From contig DATCMP010000489.1 of the NCBI GenBank assembly GCA_036563365.1, positions 1-53,558 of the forward strand: a stretch of 53,558 nucleotides of DNA, read 5' to 3'. The notes under the pieces were generated by a model. That model was not told where the DNA came from, searched no databases, and saw only the letters and a list, made by a program, of their open reading frames with translations. This document shows positions 1 to 10,202 of the stretch, piece after piece; positions within the stretch are counted from its first letter, which is position 1, and every line of letters starts with the position of its first letter. This DNA comes from Thermomicrobiales bacterium (lineage in GTDB: Bacteria; Chloroflexota; Chloroflexia; Thermomicrobiales; CADCWN01). The translations under genes and the position numbers were made by a program.

Positions 1-860
1 TAGGCTGTCTCGCCGCGCTCGATCATGCTGTCGGCACGTTACGATTCGAGGCGATCGTGGTCGATAACGGCTCGACCGATGGTACGCCTGCGGCGATACG
101 CGAGCGGTTTTCCGCGGTGCGGTTGGTCGAGCCGGAGCGAAACCTCGGTTTCTCGGGTGGCAATAATGTCGGGTTGGCGCTGGCGCGCGGCCGATTCGTT
201 TGCCTGCTCAACCCCGATACCGAGCCGCGATTTGGCGCGCTGGCCGCGCTCGTCACCTTTCTGGCGGAGCATCCGGTGGTCGGCGCGGTCGGGCCACGGT
301 TGCTCAACGCTGATGGGAGCGAGCAAGCGGTCGGCTTCCGGTTCCCGACCCTCGCGCAGATCGGCCTCGACTTCTTTCCGCTCGGCGGTCGTTTCGCCGA
401 AACGAAGTTGAATGGGCGGTATCCCGACGCGCCGCGCGATCGCCCATTCCCGATCGATTTCCCGCTCGGCGCGTGTATCCTGGCGCGACGTGCGGCGATC
501 GAGGCGACCGGTCCGTTCGACGAAGGCTTTTTCATGTACAGCGAGGAGGTCGATTGGTGCCGACGGATGAGGGCGGCGGGCTGGCCGATCTGGTGTGTCC
601 CGACCGCTGAGGTCGTCCACTATGGGGGGCAGAGCGTCGCCCAGCAGTCGACGCGGATGTTTGTCGAGCTCCAGCGCAGCCGCCTGCGCTACTATCGCCG
701 TTATCATCGCCCCACGTTCGTCGCGATCGCGCGGTTACTGACCCGCGTGGCGATGTTGAAAGAGGTCGTGAGCGGTTGGCGCGCGTACCGACGCGGGGTC
801 TTGTCGCGCGAGCGGTGGCGCGAGCGGACCCGCGCGTATGGTCGGATTTATCGCCTGTAG
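1..860 (+). CDS. Glycosyltransferase family 2 (GT-A fold), 5'-truncated by window edge
   Basis: Frame 3 is open from base 3 (..CLAALDHAVGTLRFEAIVVDNGSTDGT..), so the start lies outside the window. GT2 hallmarks present: [39 protein letters not shown]. Confidence 0.8.
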   Translation, partial: GCLAALDHAVGTLRFEAIVVDNGSTDGTPAAIRERFSAVRLVEPERNLGFSGGNNVGLALARGRFVCLLNPDTEPRFGALAALVTFLAEHPVVGAVGPRLLNADGSEQAVGFRFPTLAQIGLDFFPLGGRFAETKLNGRYPDAPRDRPFPIDFPLGACILARRAAIEATGPFDEGFFMYSEEVDWCRRMRAAGWPIWCVPTAEVVHYGGQSVAQQSTRMFVELQRSRLRYYRRYHRPTFVAIARLLTRVAMLKEVVSGWRAYRRGVLSRERWRERTRAYGRIYRL

Positions 861-937
861 TTGGGCTATACTCTGACCGACTCGGCAGGGAATCGCGAAG
901 GACGCCATGTACATGAGGACGCCGCAGCAGGAAATCG

Positions 938-2782
938 ATGCCCGTTGAGCCGACGCGATCCACCGGAAATGCACAATCACCATTGCCGCTCGCGGTCATT
1001 GTCCTGACGAAAGACGAAGAGCGGGATCTGCCCGCGTGCCTGTCGAGTGTCGCGGAACTCGGCGTGCCGGTGCTCGTCCTCGACTCCGGTAGCCGCGACC
1101 GGACGGTGGCGATCGCCCGCGCGAGTGGCGCACAGGTCCATGTGCGCCCGTTCACCGGGTATGCCACGCAGCGGAACGCGGCGCTTCAGTTGATCAGCTC
1201 GCGCTGGGTCTTATTCCTCGATGCCGACGAGCGGTTGACGCCCGCTGGCTGTGCGGAGATCCGCGCCCTGCTGCGTCAGCCGGAGCGCGACACCGCGCCG
1301 GTCGGTTATTGGGTGCCACGACAGAATGAGTTCTTCGGCCAGCGCCTGAGCGGTGGCGGCTGGTGGCCCGATTACCAACTTCGACTCTTTCGCGCCGACC
1401 GCGCGCGTTATGATGAATCGCGCGAGGTCCACGAGATCGTCATTCTCGACGGCCCCGACGCGCGCCTGACCGAACCGCTGATCCACCGTAACTACGACTC
1501 GTGGGGGGAATTTCACGCCAAGCAGCGGGCTTATGCCGCGCGCCACGCCCGCGATCTGGCGGGGCGTGGACTCCGCCCCAAGCCGTGGACCTACGCCACG
1601 ATGCCGCTGCGCGAGTTTCGTCGTCGCTACATCGCGCTCGACGCGCGGCGCGACGGTCGGCTCGGGTTGGCCTTATCGTTGGCGATGGCCTGGTATGAGG
1701 GGCGGGCCTATTGGCAGTTGGGGCGGATTATCCGGCAGGGGCGTGAGGCGGGGGCACCGTTGACCGTGGTCGCGCATACCCCGTTGCTGCCAACGCCGCT
1801 CTTTCGACGCTCCCCCGTGCTCGATCTGTCGATCGTCATCGTCAGCCGCGACACGCGCGATCTCACGCTTGGTTGCCTGGTGGCGGTGACGCGCTCCTTG
1901 GCGAGAGCGGGGGTGACGTGGGAGCTTATTCTGGTCGATAACGGCTCGAGCGATGGGACCGCTGCGGCGGTGCGGGCGGCATACCCCGCCGCCCATGTGA
2001 TCGAGGCGGGTGGGAACCGCGGCTTCGCGGTCGGCAATAACCTGGGCTTACGCGAGGCCGCCGGGCGGGCGATCCTGCTCCTCAACCCCGACACCGAGCC
2101 GATCGGCGACGCGATACCGCATTTGCTCGACGCGCTGCACGCCGACCCCGCCCTGGGCGTGGTTGGCCCGATGTTGCGCTACCCCGATGGCTCGCCGCAA
2201 GAGGCGCGGCGGCGGTTTCCGACGCGCCTGACGCCGTTTGTGGAGAGCACGATCGTCCAGAGCTACTGGCGGCGCAACCAGATCCTCGACCGCTATTACC
2301 TGGCGGATCGCCCGGCCGATCGGGCGCAGGATGTCGATTGGCTGTATGGTGCCTGCCTGTTAGTGCGACGGCAAGCGCTCGCGGGGAGCGGCGGCTTCGA
2401 TGCGGGCTTCTTCATGTACTCGGAAGAGCTCGATCTCTGTGCGCGTATCCGGGCCGCTGGCTGGCGGATCGGTTACCTCCCGACCGCGACGGTGATCCAT
2501 CACGAGGGGGCGAGCAGCGCCCAGGCGGTGCCGCGTCGGCAGATCAATTTCAACACGAGCAAAGTCCGTTTCTATCGACGGCGCTTTGGCATCCTCTTTA
2601 GTGAAGCTCTGCGCGCCTTCCTCTTGTTGACGTTCGCGATTCAACTGCTGCAAGAGGCTGTCAAGTGGTTGCTCGGACATAAACGCCCGCTCCGCCGTCA
2701 GCGCGTGGCCGCGCACCTGCTGGTCTTACGCTCCCGCTTGCGCCCGACCGGGGAGCATCTGTGCGCGGAGGCGGCTTCATGA
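938..2782 (+). CDS. Two-module glycosyltransferase (tandem GT2 domains)
   Basis: 614-aa ORF. N-terminal GT2 module: [26 protein letters not shown]-terminal GT2 module: [38 protein letters not shown]. The C-terminal module is visibly paralogous to the preceding gene. Confidence 0.8.
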   Translation: MPVEPTRSTGNAQSPLPLAVIVLTKDEERDLPACLSSVAELGVPVLVLDSGSRDRTVAIARASGAQVHVRPFTGYATQRNAALQLISSRWVLFLDADERLTPAGCAEIRALLRQPERDTAPVGYWVPRQNEFFGQRLSGGGWWPDYQLRLFRADRARYDESREVHEIVILDGPDARLTEPLIHRNYDSWGEFHAKQRAYAARHARDLAGRGLRPKPWTYATMPLREFRRRYIALDARRDGRLGLALSLAMAWYEGRAYWQLGRIIRQGREAGAPLTVVAHTPLLPTPLFRRSPVLDLSIVIVSRDTRDLTLGCLVAVTRSLARAGVTWELILVDNGSSDGTAAAVRAAYPAAHVIEAGGNRGFAVGNNLGLREAAGRAILLLNPDTEPIGDAIPHLLDALHADPALGVVGPMLRYPDGSPQEARRRFPTRLTPFVESTIVQSYWRRNQILDRYYLADRPADRAQDVDWLYGACLLVRRQALAGSGGFDAGFFMYSEELDLCARIRAAGWRIGYLPTATVIHHEGASSAQAVPRRQINFNTSKVRFYRRRFGILFSEALRAFLLLTFAIQLLQEAVKWLLGHKRPLRRQRVAAHLLVLRSRLRPTGEHLCAEAAS

Positions 2783-4086
2783 GCGCGACAGGGCAGACGC
2801 CACTGGTAGCGGGCGAGTTGCTTGCCCCTGGCAATACAGGGGCTGCCTGTCGCGATGAGCCGTCTGTGCCGGGCGCGCGGGTGTTGCTCATCACCGGAGA
2901 GTATCCGCCGACGATCGGTGGGGTGGGGGATTATACGGCGAAACTGGCCGCGCACCTGCGCGGTGTGGGCGTGGAAGCTATGGTATTAACCGGCTCCAGC
3001 CCAGCGTTGTCTGGCGAACTCGCCGTGTGGCGCACGGTGCCGGACTGGGGCATGCGCGGTTGGACCGCGATCGAGCGCGCCATCGCCGCGACGCGGCCCG
3101 AACTCGTCCATATCCAGTATCAGGCGGGGGCCTTCGGGGGGCGGGGCGGGATCGTCGCGTTGCCGTGGTGGCTCGGTCGGCGCGCCGCGCTGCCGGTCGT
3201 CGTCACCTTCCACGATCGCTGCGTGCCGTACCTCTTCCCGAAAGCGGGGGTATTGCGCTCGTTTGCGTTGCGCGCCCTCGCGCGCGGTGGGGCGGCGACG
3301 ATCGCCACGAATGGCGATGATTGGGCGGCGTTGCGGGCCGATTGGGAGACCGAGCGGCATCTGCACCTGATCCCGATCGGGAGCAATATCCCCCCTCTGA
3401 CTGCAGCAAAGCGGGATGTGGCCCGTGTGGCGACGCGCTCGACCCTCGGTGTGGGAGCGGATACGGTGGTGATTGCCTATTTCGGGTTGATCAGCACCAG
3501 TAAGGGTGTCGAGCTGTTGCTCGACGCGGTCGCGAGCGCCGCCGTGCGTGGGCTGAGCGACTTCCGCTTACTCCTGATCGGCGGTGAGGCGAGCACCACC
3601 GACGGGGAGGGTTTCGGCGCGGACGGCGACCTTGCCGCCGCGCTCAGGGCGCGGGGGCTGACCGAGCGCACAAGCGTCACCGGAGCTCTGTCGGCGGCGG
3701 CGGTGGCCGCGCATCTCGCGGCAGCCGATCTCGCCGTGCTGCCGTACCGCGACGGCGCATCCTGGCGGCGCGGCAGCCTCCTCGCTGCGCTCACCGCCGG
3801 TCTACCGACGATCACGACGGTGCCACAGGTCGGCTACGATGCTGCCGGGGCGCTGCCGACGTTGACCGATGGGGCGGATGTGGCGCTCGCGTCGCCTGGC
3901 GACGTGCAGGCACTCGCCGCGGCTATCTCGCGCCTCGCCGCCGACCCCGCGGGTCGCGCCCGCCTGGCGGCGGGGGGGCGGGTGGTTGCCGCGCGATTCG
4001 ACTGGACGACGATCGCCGGTACGCACTTCGATCTCTACGCGCGCCTCATTCAGCGGACCAGTTCCATTCGCGGTTGGCGACGATGA
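2779..4086 (+). CDS. Glycosyltransferase family 4-like (GT-B fold)
   Basis: The ATG at 2779 overlaps the upstream stop as ATGA; the ORF track's GTG at 2761 is less likely. N-terminal RVLLITGEYPPTIGGVGDY and a C-terminal LPYRDGASWRRGSLLAALTAGLPTI-type segment are typical of GT4 enzymes. Confidence 0.7.
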   Translation: MSATGQTPLVAGELLAPGNTGAACRDEPSVPGARVLLITGEYPPTIGGVGDYTAKLAAHLRGVGVEAMVLTGSSPALSGELAVWRTVPDWGMRGWTAIERAIAATRPELVHIQYQAGAFGGRGGIVALPWWLGRRAALPVVVTFHDRCVPYLFPKAGVLRSFALRALARGGAATIATNGDDWAALRADWETERHLHLIPIGSNIPPLTAAKRDVARVATRSTLGVGADTVVIAYFGLISTSKGVELLLDAVASAAVRGLSDFRLLLIGGEASTTDGEGFGADGDLAAALRARGLTERTSVTGALSAAAVAAHLAAADLAVLPYRDGASWRRGSLLAALTAGLPTITTVPQVGYDAAGALPTLTDGADVALASPGDVQALAAAISRLAADPAGRARLAAGGRVVAARFDWTTIAGTHFDLYARLIQRTSSIRGWRR

Positions 4087-6176
4087 CATCTACCGCTCGC
4101 CCGGCTCCGCGCCGTCGCCGCGCCCGTCGCGATGGTCCGCTCGATCGGGTGATCGCGCGCGGCCTACGGGCGCTGGAACGCCCTGAAGCGCCGTACCTCG
4201 TCTTGCTGGGCGGCTTCTTCGCGATCGGGCTCTTCTTGCGCCTCGATCGCCTCGGGGCGCAAAGTCTCTGGTTCGATGAGGCTGACGCGGTGATCCTGGC
4301 GCGACAGCCATTCAGGGTGTTGCTCGGGAATCTCGCCGCCGCCGGGCAGAATGGTCCCCTCTATACGTTATTCTTGCACCTCTGGATGGGGCTCTTCGGC
4401 ACGAGCGAAGTGGCGGTGCGTCTCCCCTCGGCGCTGGCGGGTGCGGCGGCGATCCCGCTGATCTATGCACTCGGTCGCGCGCTGCATGGCCCACGGCTCG
4501 GCCTCTATGCGGCGGGGATTTTGGCGCTCGCGCCTTATCAGCACTGGTACGCGCAAGAGGCGAAGATGTATGCGCTGCTCGTCTGCGCCGTCCTCTCCTC
4601 GACCCTCGCCCTGGTCGTCGCTGTGCGGGATGACCGCTCGCGTCAGTGGGTGATCTACGTCATCCTGACGACCGCAGCGCTCTATCTGCATGTCATGGCG
4701 GTGCTGATCATCGCGGCGCATGCCTGCTGGCGCTTCCTCGCCGCGCGATTGATGGATGATGATGGCGCGATACCGCGTGAGTCGGTCGCGCTTATCCCCC
4801 GGCTGCGGCTGCGGCTGCCGCGTTCGGGTTGGGCTTTCGCCGCGCTCACCTTGCCGTATCTGCCGATCGCACTCTGGGAGTTGCGGTTCGCCGGGAGTGG
4901 GGCGGTCACCTGGCACCGCCCGATCGGCGTCCTCGCCTTTCTGCGGGATACGTTTACCAAGTTCGCCACCGGGGTGCGTGCCGATGACGGGACCGCCCTG
5001 CGTGGCCTGCTCCTCTTTGGGGTGCTGGCAATCCTCGGGGCGTTGCCGCTGGTTTGGCGGCAGGGTCCGGGGGGGACACCGACCCTGCGCCCGCGACAGC
5101 GGAGTCTCCTGCTGATCAGCTCGGTCGTGCTGCCGGTCGCCCTCTTCTTCGTGGTGCAGCTGATCCGCCCGCTCTATGCCGATCGGTACCTGATTGTCGT
5201 CACGCCGGCCTTTATCCTGTTGGTCGCTGGCGGATTGCTGGCGCTCGAACGCCGCGTCTGGCCCCTTGCTGCGGTGGCGACGATTTGCCTGCTGGTGACG
5301 AGCGTGGTGCCGTTGCGCGAGGTCAATCTCGCGTCGGCGGCGCAGAAAGAGGATTGGCGCGGTGCCTACGAGCAGATCGTGGCGCACTGGCACCCGAACG
5401 ACGCGATCATCATCCAACCGGGTTATTTAGAAACAACCTATCAGTATTACACCCTGCGCGACGCTCGGCTGCGCGACCTGCCGGTGCTGACGATCCCCAA
5501 CGAATATTTCGATGGGACGACGGATGAGCAGGCGATCGATCTCTACTTGCAACGCGCCACCGTCGGGTATGAGCGGATCTGGATGCTCGTCTCGCCGGAT
5601 CGCCTGGCGTTGATCGATCCGCTCGATCGCCGGGGCGATTGCGAGCGCGACCGCCTGCGGAACTGGTACTGTTACAATGCACATCAACTCGTCGGGCGCG
5701 AGTTCAATGGCCTCTGGCTCGGGTTGTATGCCTATAATCGTCCGTTTGGCACCGCCTTCTATCCCCCCCCCGCGGTCCGTCTCGATCTGGCGGTAGGGAG
5801 CGCGCTCACGCTGGTTGGCTACGGCTATGATTTCGCGCCCGGTGTGAGCGCGTTGCGGCAGGGCGACACGGTGCCGCTACTGCTGCATTGGGCCTTCCGC
5901 GATCGGAACGGCGCACACTTCGCGATCCGCTGGCAACTCCGCGACGAGACCGGCGCGATCGTACCCGGCGTCGGTGCCACCGAACAGCTGCTCGGGGGCA
6001 ATCCGCCGCAACCGCGCGAGCGTTCACCCTACTTCTGGGATTACCATGACCTTCCCCTGCCCGCGAAGCTCGCCCCCGGACAGTATCGCCTCGCGATCGA
6101 TGTTGTGGCGTTGGAAAGTCCGACCGCATCGCTCACGCCCGGTACGATCGAACTCGGCTGGTTCACTGTGCGCTGA
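4083..6176 (+). CDS. GT-C fold membrane glycosyltransferase (GT39 / PMT_2 / ArnT-like) with C-terminal soluble domain
   Basis: The ATG at 4083 overlaps the GT4 stop as ATGA. Polytopic N-terminal half with the first-loop acidic motif SLWFDEADAVILAR, as in ArnT/PMT-type enzymes. About 280 aa of non-membrane C-terminus. Confidence 0.7.
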   Translation: MTSTARPAPRRRRARRDGPLDRVIARGLRALERPEAPYLVLLGGFFAIGLFLRLDRLGAQSLWFDEADAVILARQPFRVLLGNLAAAGQNGPLYTLFLHLWMGLFGTSEVAVRLPSALAGAAAIPLIYALGRALHGPRLGLYAAGILALAPYQHWYAQEAKMYALLVCAVLSSTLALVVAVRDDRSRQWVIYVILTTAALYLHVMAVLIIAAHACWRFLAARLMDDDGAIPRESVALIPRLRLRLPRSGWAFAALTLPYLPIALWELRFAGSGAVTWHRPIGVLAFLRDTFTKFATGVRADDGTALRGLLLFGVLAILGALPLVWRQGPGGTPTLRPRQRSLLLISSVVLPVALFFVVQLIRPLYADRYLIVVTPAFILLVAGGLLALERRVWPLAAVATICLLVTSVVPLREVNLASAAQKEDWRGAYEQIVAHWHPNDAIIIQPGYLETTYQYYTLRDARLRDLPVLTIPNEYFDGTTDEQAIDLYLQRATVGYERIWMLVSPDRLALIDPLDRRGDCERDRLRNWYCYNAHQLVGREFNGLWLGLYAYNRPFGTAFYPPPAVRLDLAVGSALTLVGYGYDFAPGVSALRQGDTVPLLLHWAFRDRNGAHFAIRWQLRDETGAIVPGVGATEQLLGGNPPQPRERSPYFWDYHDLPLPAKLAPGQYRLAIDVVALESPTASLTPGTIELGWFTVR

Positions 6177-6415
6177 GTGCCGCCTTGTTCAGCCAGAGGG
6201 GCCTCGGTATACTTCGGCGAGGTCCGGGGTCTCTTCGCGACGCACCCCCACGGCAAGACGCCGGATCAGGGTTCAGCGTTCTCATGCAGAGGCAGAAACA
6301 GATGGTGGGAGGGTTAGTCGGGCGAGTCGTTGCCCAGTTGCCGATTTGCCGGTGAGTCGTATGCCAGCTCCCGCGCTATCCACCCGCTCCGTTGTCTTGC
6401 GATCCGCAACCGACC

Positions 6416-9400
6416 ATGTCGGAGGTCCGCGTGGCTGACGTGCAGCGCCCGCTCACCCCGCCGCGCGAGTTCTTGCGCCCGTTCGATACGCTCGGTTTGT
6501 CGGCATTCTCGCTCGGCCTATTCCTCTCCTGGGCCTTGCTCGCCGGCGGGCGTCGTTTCGATTTCCTCCTGCTCCTGCCGATCCTCGCCCTCGCCGTCCT
6601 CGCGCCGCGTTGGGTCGGGTTGTGGCGCGGTGGTGAGGCTCTTGTACGCGGTGGAGTCGGCCTAGCCGCTGCGCTCATCCTGGGCCTGACGCTCCTGCGC
6701 CAGCCTCAGGCCGACGCCGTGGCGCTCACCGTCCCGCTCTTTCTCGCGCTGACCGTCGGTGTGACCGTTGTCCTGCAACGTGTCCTCTCCCCGCGCGCCA
6801 GCCTCGGCGTGATTTTGACCGCGCTGGCCGCGCTGGCGGGGCTGGGATTGGCATTTAAGACCGATGCCGCGCAGGCGCTCGGCGATGCCCTCCAGGCGGC
6901 GACCTTGTGGGGACTGCTCGCCATCGTGACGGTCGGTGTCCTGGCCCTGGGCCGCGTCGAACGTCGCTGGCTGCAATTGGCTCTCTATGCGGTGGCGATA
7001 GCCGCTCTGGCCGGCTTTTTGCAGTGGGGCGGACCACTCGCCGCGTTGACCAGGATTCGGGGCGGGTTGTTGCCCCTCGAATTGCGTGCGGCGAGTTTCC
7101 TGCCCGCGTTCATCATCATCGGCGGGTCGGCGCAAATTATCCTCGCGCTCTTGTTGCCGCGCGTACCCTGGCGACGTGTCGCCCAGACTGATCTCGCGGC
7201 GCATCTGCTCTTGCTCGGTGTGCCGATCGTCGCCGATCTCTTGCCGCTCCGTCGCCCGCTTTATTTCGAGGGCGACTTCCGCGTGGCCTGGCTCGCACTC
7301 TTCCTCATCGGCTTGCTTTTGATCAGGTTGCTGATCGCTATCGGCTTCATCCTGCGCGCGGCATCGACCGACGCCCCGGCGCTCGGTGGAACGGTGCGCG
7401 GACGCGAAACGCGCCTCGCGCTCGCGTTCTTCGTCTTCTGTTTCGCCGCGTATTGGCCTGCGACCCTCTGGCGTGGCGCGAGTTATGGTCTGGTTGGGGA
7501 TGAGCCGTCCTATCTGGCCGCGACGATGAGTCTGTGGAACAAGCACAATCTCGAGCTCACCGATAGTCTCTTCTCATCGGAGATGACCGCCATCCTGGCC
7601 GATCCGCAGGGCGAGCGCGATCTGCATGTCTACGAGGATGGCAGCGCCGATCGGATGTTGTTCAACCGCAACCTCGGCACGCCCCGGCGTGATCTCTACT
7701 TCCCGCTGGTCGCCGCGCCGGGGATGACGAGCGCGGTCGAACTGGTTAACCCCGATCTCGAATCGGCAGGGGGCGACATCCTTTTCCGGGATGCCGCAGG
7801 AACGGTCGTGGAGAAGCGCGCCGTCCTCGTCGAGCCGGGTAGGTCGCTGCTGCTGCTACCGCCGCCGAACCCCGCCGGGCCGCTCAGTGCGACGATCCTC
7901 GTCGGGAAACCGATCGGGGCCGCCGCGCGCCTGACGGTGCCGGGGGGGGGCACCGAGACGTATTTCGGTGGTGCGGTCACTCCGCGCCACTGCCTGCCGT
8001 TCGATCTCGATCCGGCCCGCTGGCAGGCGCAGGCGCTGATCCAGAACGGTTTCCCTTCCGAGGCGGTAGTTGCTTGGACACGATATGATGCGGCGGGAAC
8101 GGCCCTGAACCAAGGGAAAGTCACCATCCCCGCCGATGGGGTCGCTGCACTCGCCGCCGACCTCAACGGGGGCCTTGGATCACTCTGCCTCGCGGCGGAT
8201 GGGCCGGTTGCCGCCGCTCTGGTAGCCCGCGCAACGCCCGGACTGATCGTCGTGCAAAGCGCTCCAGCAGCGGCGGCACGGATCGACATCCCCGAGCGTC
8301 ATACGACGCTCGGCTATCTCGGCGAGCGCAGTGCAATTATCCACAATCCGAGCAGCAGCGAGATGGTTTATCTCACCCTTGATCGCGAAGGTTTCCCCAA
8401 GGGCCAGCAAGTTGCCATAGAGCCACATGGTACGTGGTCGTTCGCCGTAAGCTATAAACCTGCAATCATCACCACCGACGATCCGGTGATGGTCAGTATC
8501 CTCGAAACGATCGGTGCCCATGCGGCGGCGGTTACGCCGGAGGGAACCGCCGCGACCGCGTTGATCATCCCGGCGATCGATATCGGGCGGGATGGGTATG
8601 CGGTCTCCCAGATCGAGTTGACCAATGCTGGTACCGAGCCGGTGCAGGCCACGCTCAACTTGACCGATGGTGCTGGCAAGACCCTCTGGAGTGACAAGAT
8701 CTGGGTCGAGGCGAACGGCACGACCAGCAAGCCGTTCTGGTACAAGGGCGACGATAGCCGCTTCCTGTCGATCCAGGCCCGGACGCCGCTGACCGCTACC
8801 CTCTTGCAACGAGAGATTCGGACGGAGCGCCCGGTTCATGGCCTGGGCTTGTCGCTCGCCCTGTTGCCGGGGTATGCGGCGGGCGGCTATGACGGTGTCC
8901 TCGCCAGCCTCGCCGCGCTCGCCGCGCTCGTCGCGCTGGCGCTGTACGAATTGCTGCGCCGGATCGGGCTCGATGCGCGTGTTGCCGTGGGGGTGGCGGC
9001 GCTGATCGCCTGTTCGTCGCCGCTTTCACCGGCTGCTGTGCGCCTCTATGCCGAGGTCGGCGGCACGCTGTTCCTGCTGCTTGCCCTCCTCTGCATCGAT
9101 AATTGGCGCAGCGATCGGTGGTCGCCGCTGCTCACCGTACCGCTCACTTTGCTCTGCTTTGCCGGGACCACCCTGTTCCATAGCCGCCTGCTCCCGGCGG
9201 TGCTCGTTATCGCTGGGATGGGCGTGTTGCTGGAGTTGGCCCGACTCGCCGGGCTGGCCGGTGGGCTATCCTGGCGTCGTTGGGCCGGGGTTGGCCTGTT
9301 TGCCGCTATGAGCGTGGGTCTATTGGCCGTCGCCGCCATCGGGGCGATGCGATTCGAGCCGCGCCTGCAACCGAGCTATCTGCGTACGTTTCTCGCCGCC

Positions 9401-10084
9401 TCGTCGCTCGGGCCGCAGTCGTTCGGTATCCTCTTCGATCGTGCTTCCGGACTTTTCCCCGCTGCGCCAGTGCTGCTCATGGCGACCGGCGGTTTTGTCT
9501 GGTTGGCGCGACGGGCCTCGTTCTTAGGGTGGACTGCACTGTTGGTGGTGATCGGGCAATTCCTCGCCATCGCGGTCCGTGGTGGTGGCTGGGAGACCTG
9601 GGGGCCGCCCGCGCGGTATATCTATCCCGCCGTGCCATTCCTGACACTGGCCTTCGGGGCCGCCTGGCAATGGGGCTTCGCACGGCCAACGCGCCTCATC
9701 GGTGGCGTCCTCGCCGCCTTCGGCCTATTGGTCACCGCGTTCTCCTGGTGGCTGCCGCTTGGGTTGCATTACGGCATCGGTGACGCCAATCCGTACTGGT
9801 TTGCCGACCGTGTCCTGCCGCCATTGCTCGGCGTGAATCCCTTCCTGCTCTTCCCCGCGCTGGCGAGCACCTCCAGCCCACCCTGGCGCGCGGTCCTGCC
9901 GTGGTTGGGGTTGCTTCTCGGTAGTGGACTACTGGCTATCCGTTGGCATAGCGGGAAGCCGCTTCCCGCACCGCTCGCCGCCACCACCCCTTCTTCCGAT
10001 CGAGCCTTCGCCGTCCGGGTTAACGCTAACGGTGATGATCGGGCTATTGTCGAGGTTGGGCCGCAGAAGCAAGAGGTGTCCTGA
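6416..10084 (+). CDS. Giant polytopic membrane protein: N-terminal TM bundle, GT-C-like loop motif, ~430-aa extracytoplasmic insert with four beta-rich repeats, C-terminal TM bundle
   Basis: One long ORF (track 6392..10084). Candidate starts: ATG 6416, TTG 6392, GTG 6431. Many hydrophobic helices at both ends. Motif LVGDEPSYLAATMSLW follows a TM helix. The central region 7545-8835 is non-hydrophobic with four repeats spaced about 100 aa apart. Confidence 0.6.
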   Translation: MSEVRVADVQRPLTPPREFLRPFDTLGLSAFSLGLFLSWALLAGGRRFDFLLLLPILALAVLAPRWVGLWRGGEALVRGGVGLAAALILGLTLLRQPQADAVALTVPLFLALTVGVTVVLQRVLSPRASLGVILTALAALAGLGLAFKTDAAQALGDALQAATLWGLLAIVTVGVLALGRVERRWLQLALYAVAIAALAGFLQWGGPLAALTRIRGGLLPLELRAASFLPAFIIIGGSAQIILALLLPRVPWRRVAQTDLAAHLLLLGVPIVADLLPLRRPLYFEGDFRVAWLALFLIGLLLIRLLIAIGFILRAASTDAPALGGTVRGRETRLALAFFVFCFAAYWPATLWRGASYGLVGDEPSYLAATMSLWNKHNLELTDSLFSSEMTAILADPQGERDLHVYEDGSADRMLFNRNLGTPRRDLYFPLVAAPGMTSAVELVNPDLESAGGDILFRDAAGTVVEKRAVLVEPGRSLLLLPPPNPAGPLSATILVGKPIGAAARLTVPGGGTETYFGGAVTPRHCLPFDLDPARWQAQALIQNGFPSEAVVAWTRYDAAGTALNQGKVTIPADGVAALAADLNGGLGSLCLAADGPVAAALVARATPGLIVVQSAPAAAARIDIPERHTTLGYLGERSAIIHNPSSSEMVYLTLDREGFPKGQQVAIEPHGTWSFAVSYKPAIITTDDPVMVSILETIGAHAAAVTPEGTAATALIIPAIDIGRDGYAVSQIELTNAGTEPVQATLNLTDGAGKTLWSDKIWVEANGTTSKPFWYKGDDSRFLSIQARTPLTATLLQREIRTERPVHGLGLSLALLPGYAAGGYDGVLASLAALAALVALALYELLRRIGLDARVAVGVAALIACSSPLSPAAVRLYAEVGGTLFLLLALLCIDNWRSDRWSPLLTVPLTLLCFAGTTLFHSRLLPAVLVIAGMGVLLELARLAGLAGGLSWRRWAGVGLFAAMSVGLLAVAAIGAMRFEPRLQPSYLRTFLAASSLGPQSFGILFDRASGLFPAAPVLLMATGGFVWLARRASFLGWTALLVVIGQFLAIAVRGGGWETWGPPARYIYPAVPFLTLAFGAAWQWGFARPTRLIGGVLAAFGLLVTAFSWWLPLGLHYGIGDANPYWFADRVLPPLLGVNPFLLFPALASTSSPPWRAVLPWLGLLLGSGLLAIRWHSGKPLPAPLAATTPSSDRAFAVRVNANGDDRAIVEVGPQKQEVS

Positions 10085-10202
10085 GTCGCGCGCTCGTCCG
10101 AACCTTCCGTGAGGCGGAATATATCGCCGCGTCGATTGTTATCTCCACGACCCGGTATTCCCGGCACCCCGGCGAGTCTCACCGGGGACGCCGTGCGCTG
10201 TT

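Noticed and set aside
2761-2778. GTG at 2761 as the start of the GT4 gene (as in the ORF track), and TTG at 4074 for the GT-C gene
   Set aside because: In-frame ATGs at 2779 and 4083 form ATGA overlaps with the upstream stops, the classic translational-coupling arrangement, so they are preferred. The difference is only 6 and 3 codons.
4368-5417. 349-aa minus-strand ORF. The same judgement applies to the long antisense ORFs at 12794-13954, 28227-29468, 30137-31477, 38471-39592, 41125-42213, 43335-44471 and 45610-46950.
   Set aside because: Each lies opposite a gene with clear family motifs and has an Arg/Pro/Gly/Asp-biased composition. Long spurious ORFs are expected on the antisense strand at this GC content.
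6270-6300. ttcagcgttctcatgcagaggcagaaac as a fifth copy of repeat family A
   Set aside because: It shares only a short CAGAGGCA-like string, has no complementary arm nearby and lacks the CGGAGCAAGA core.
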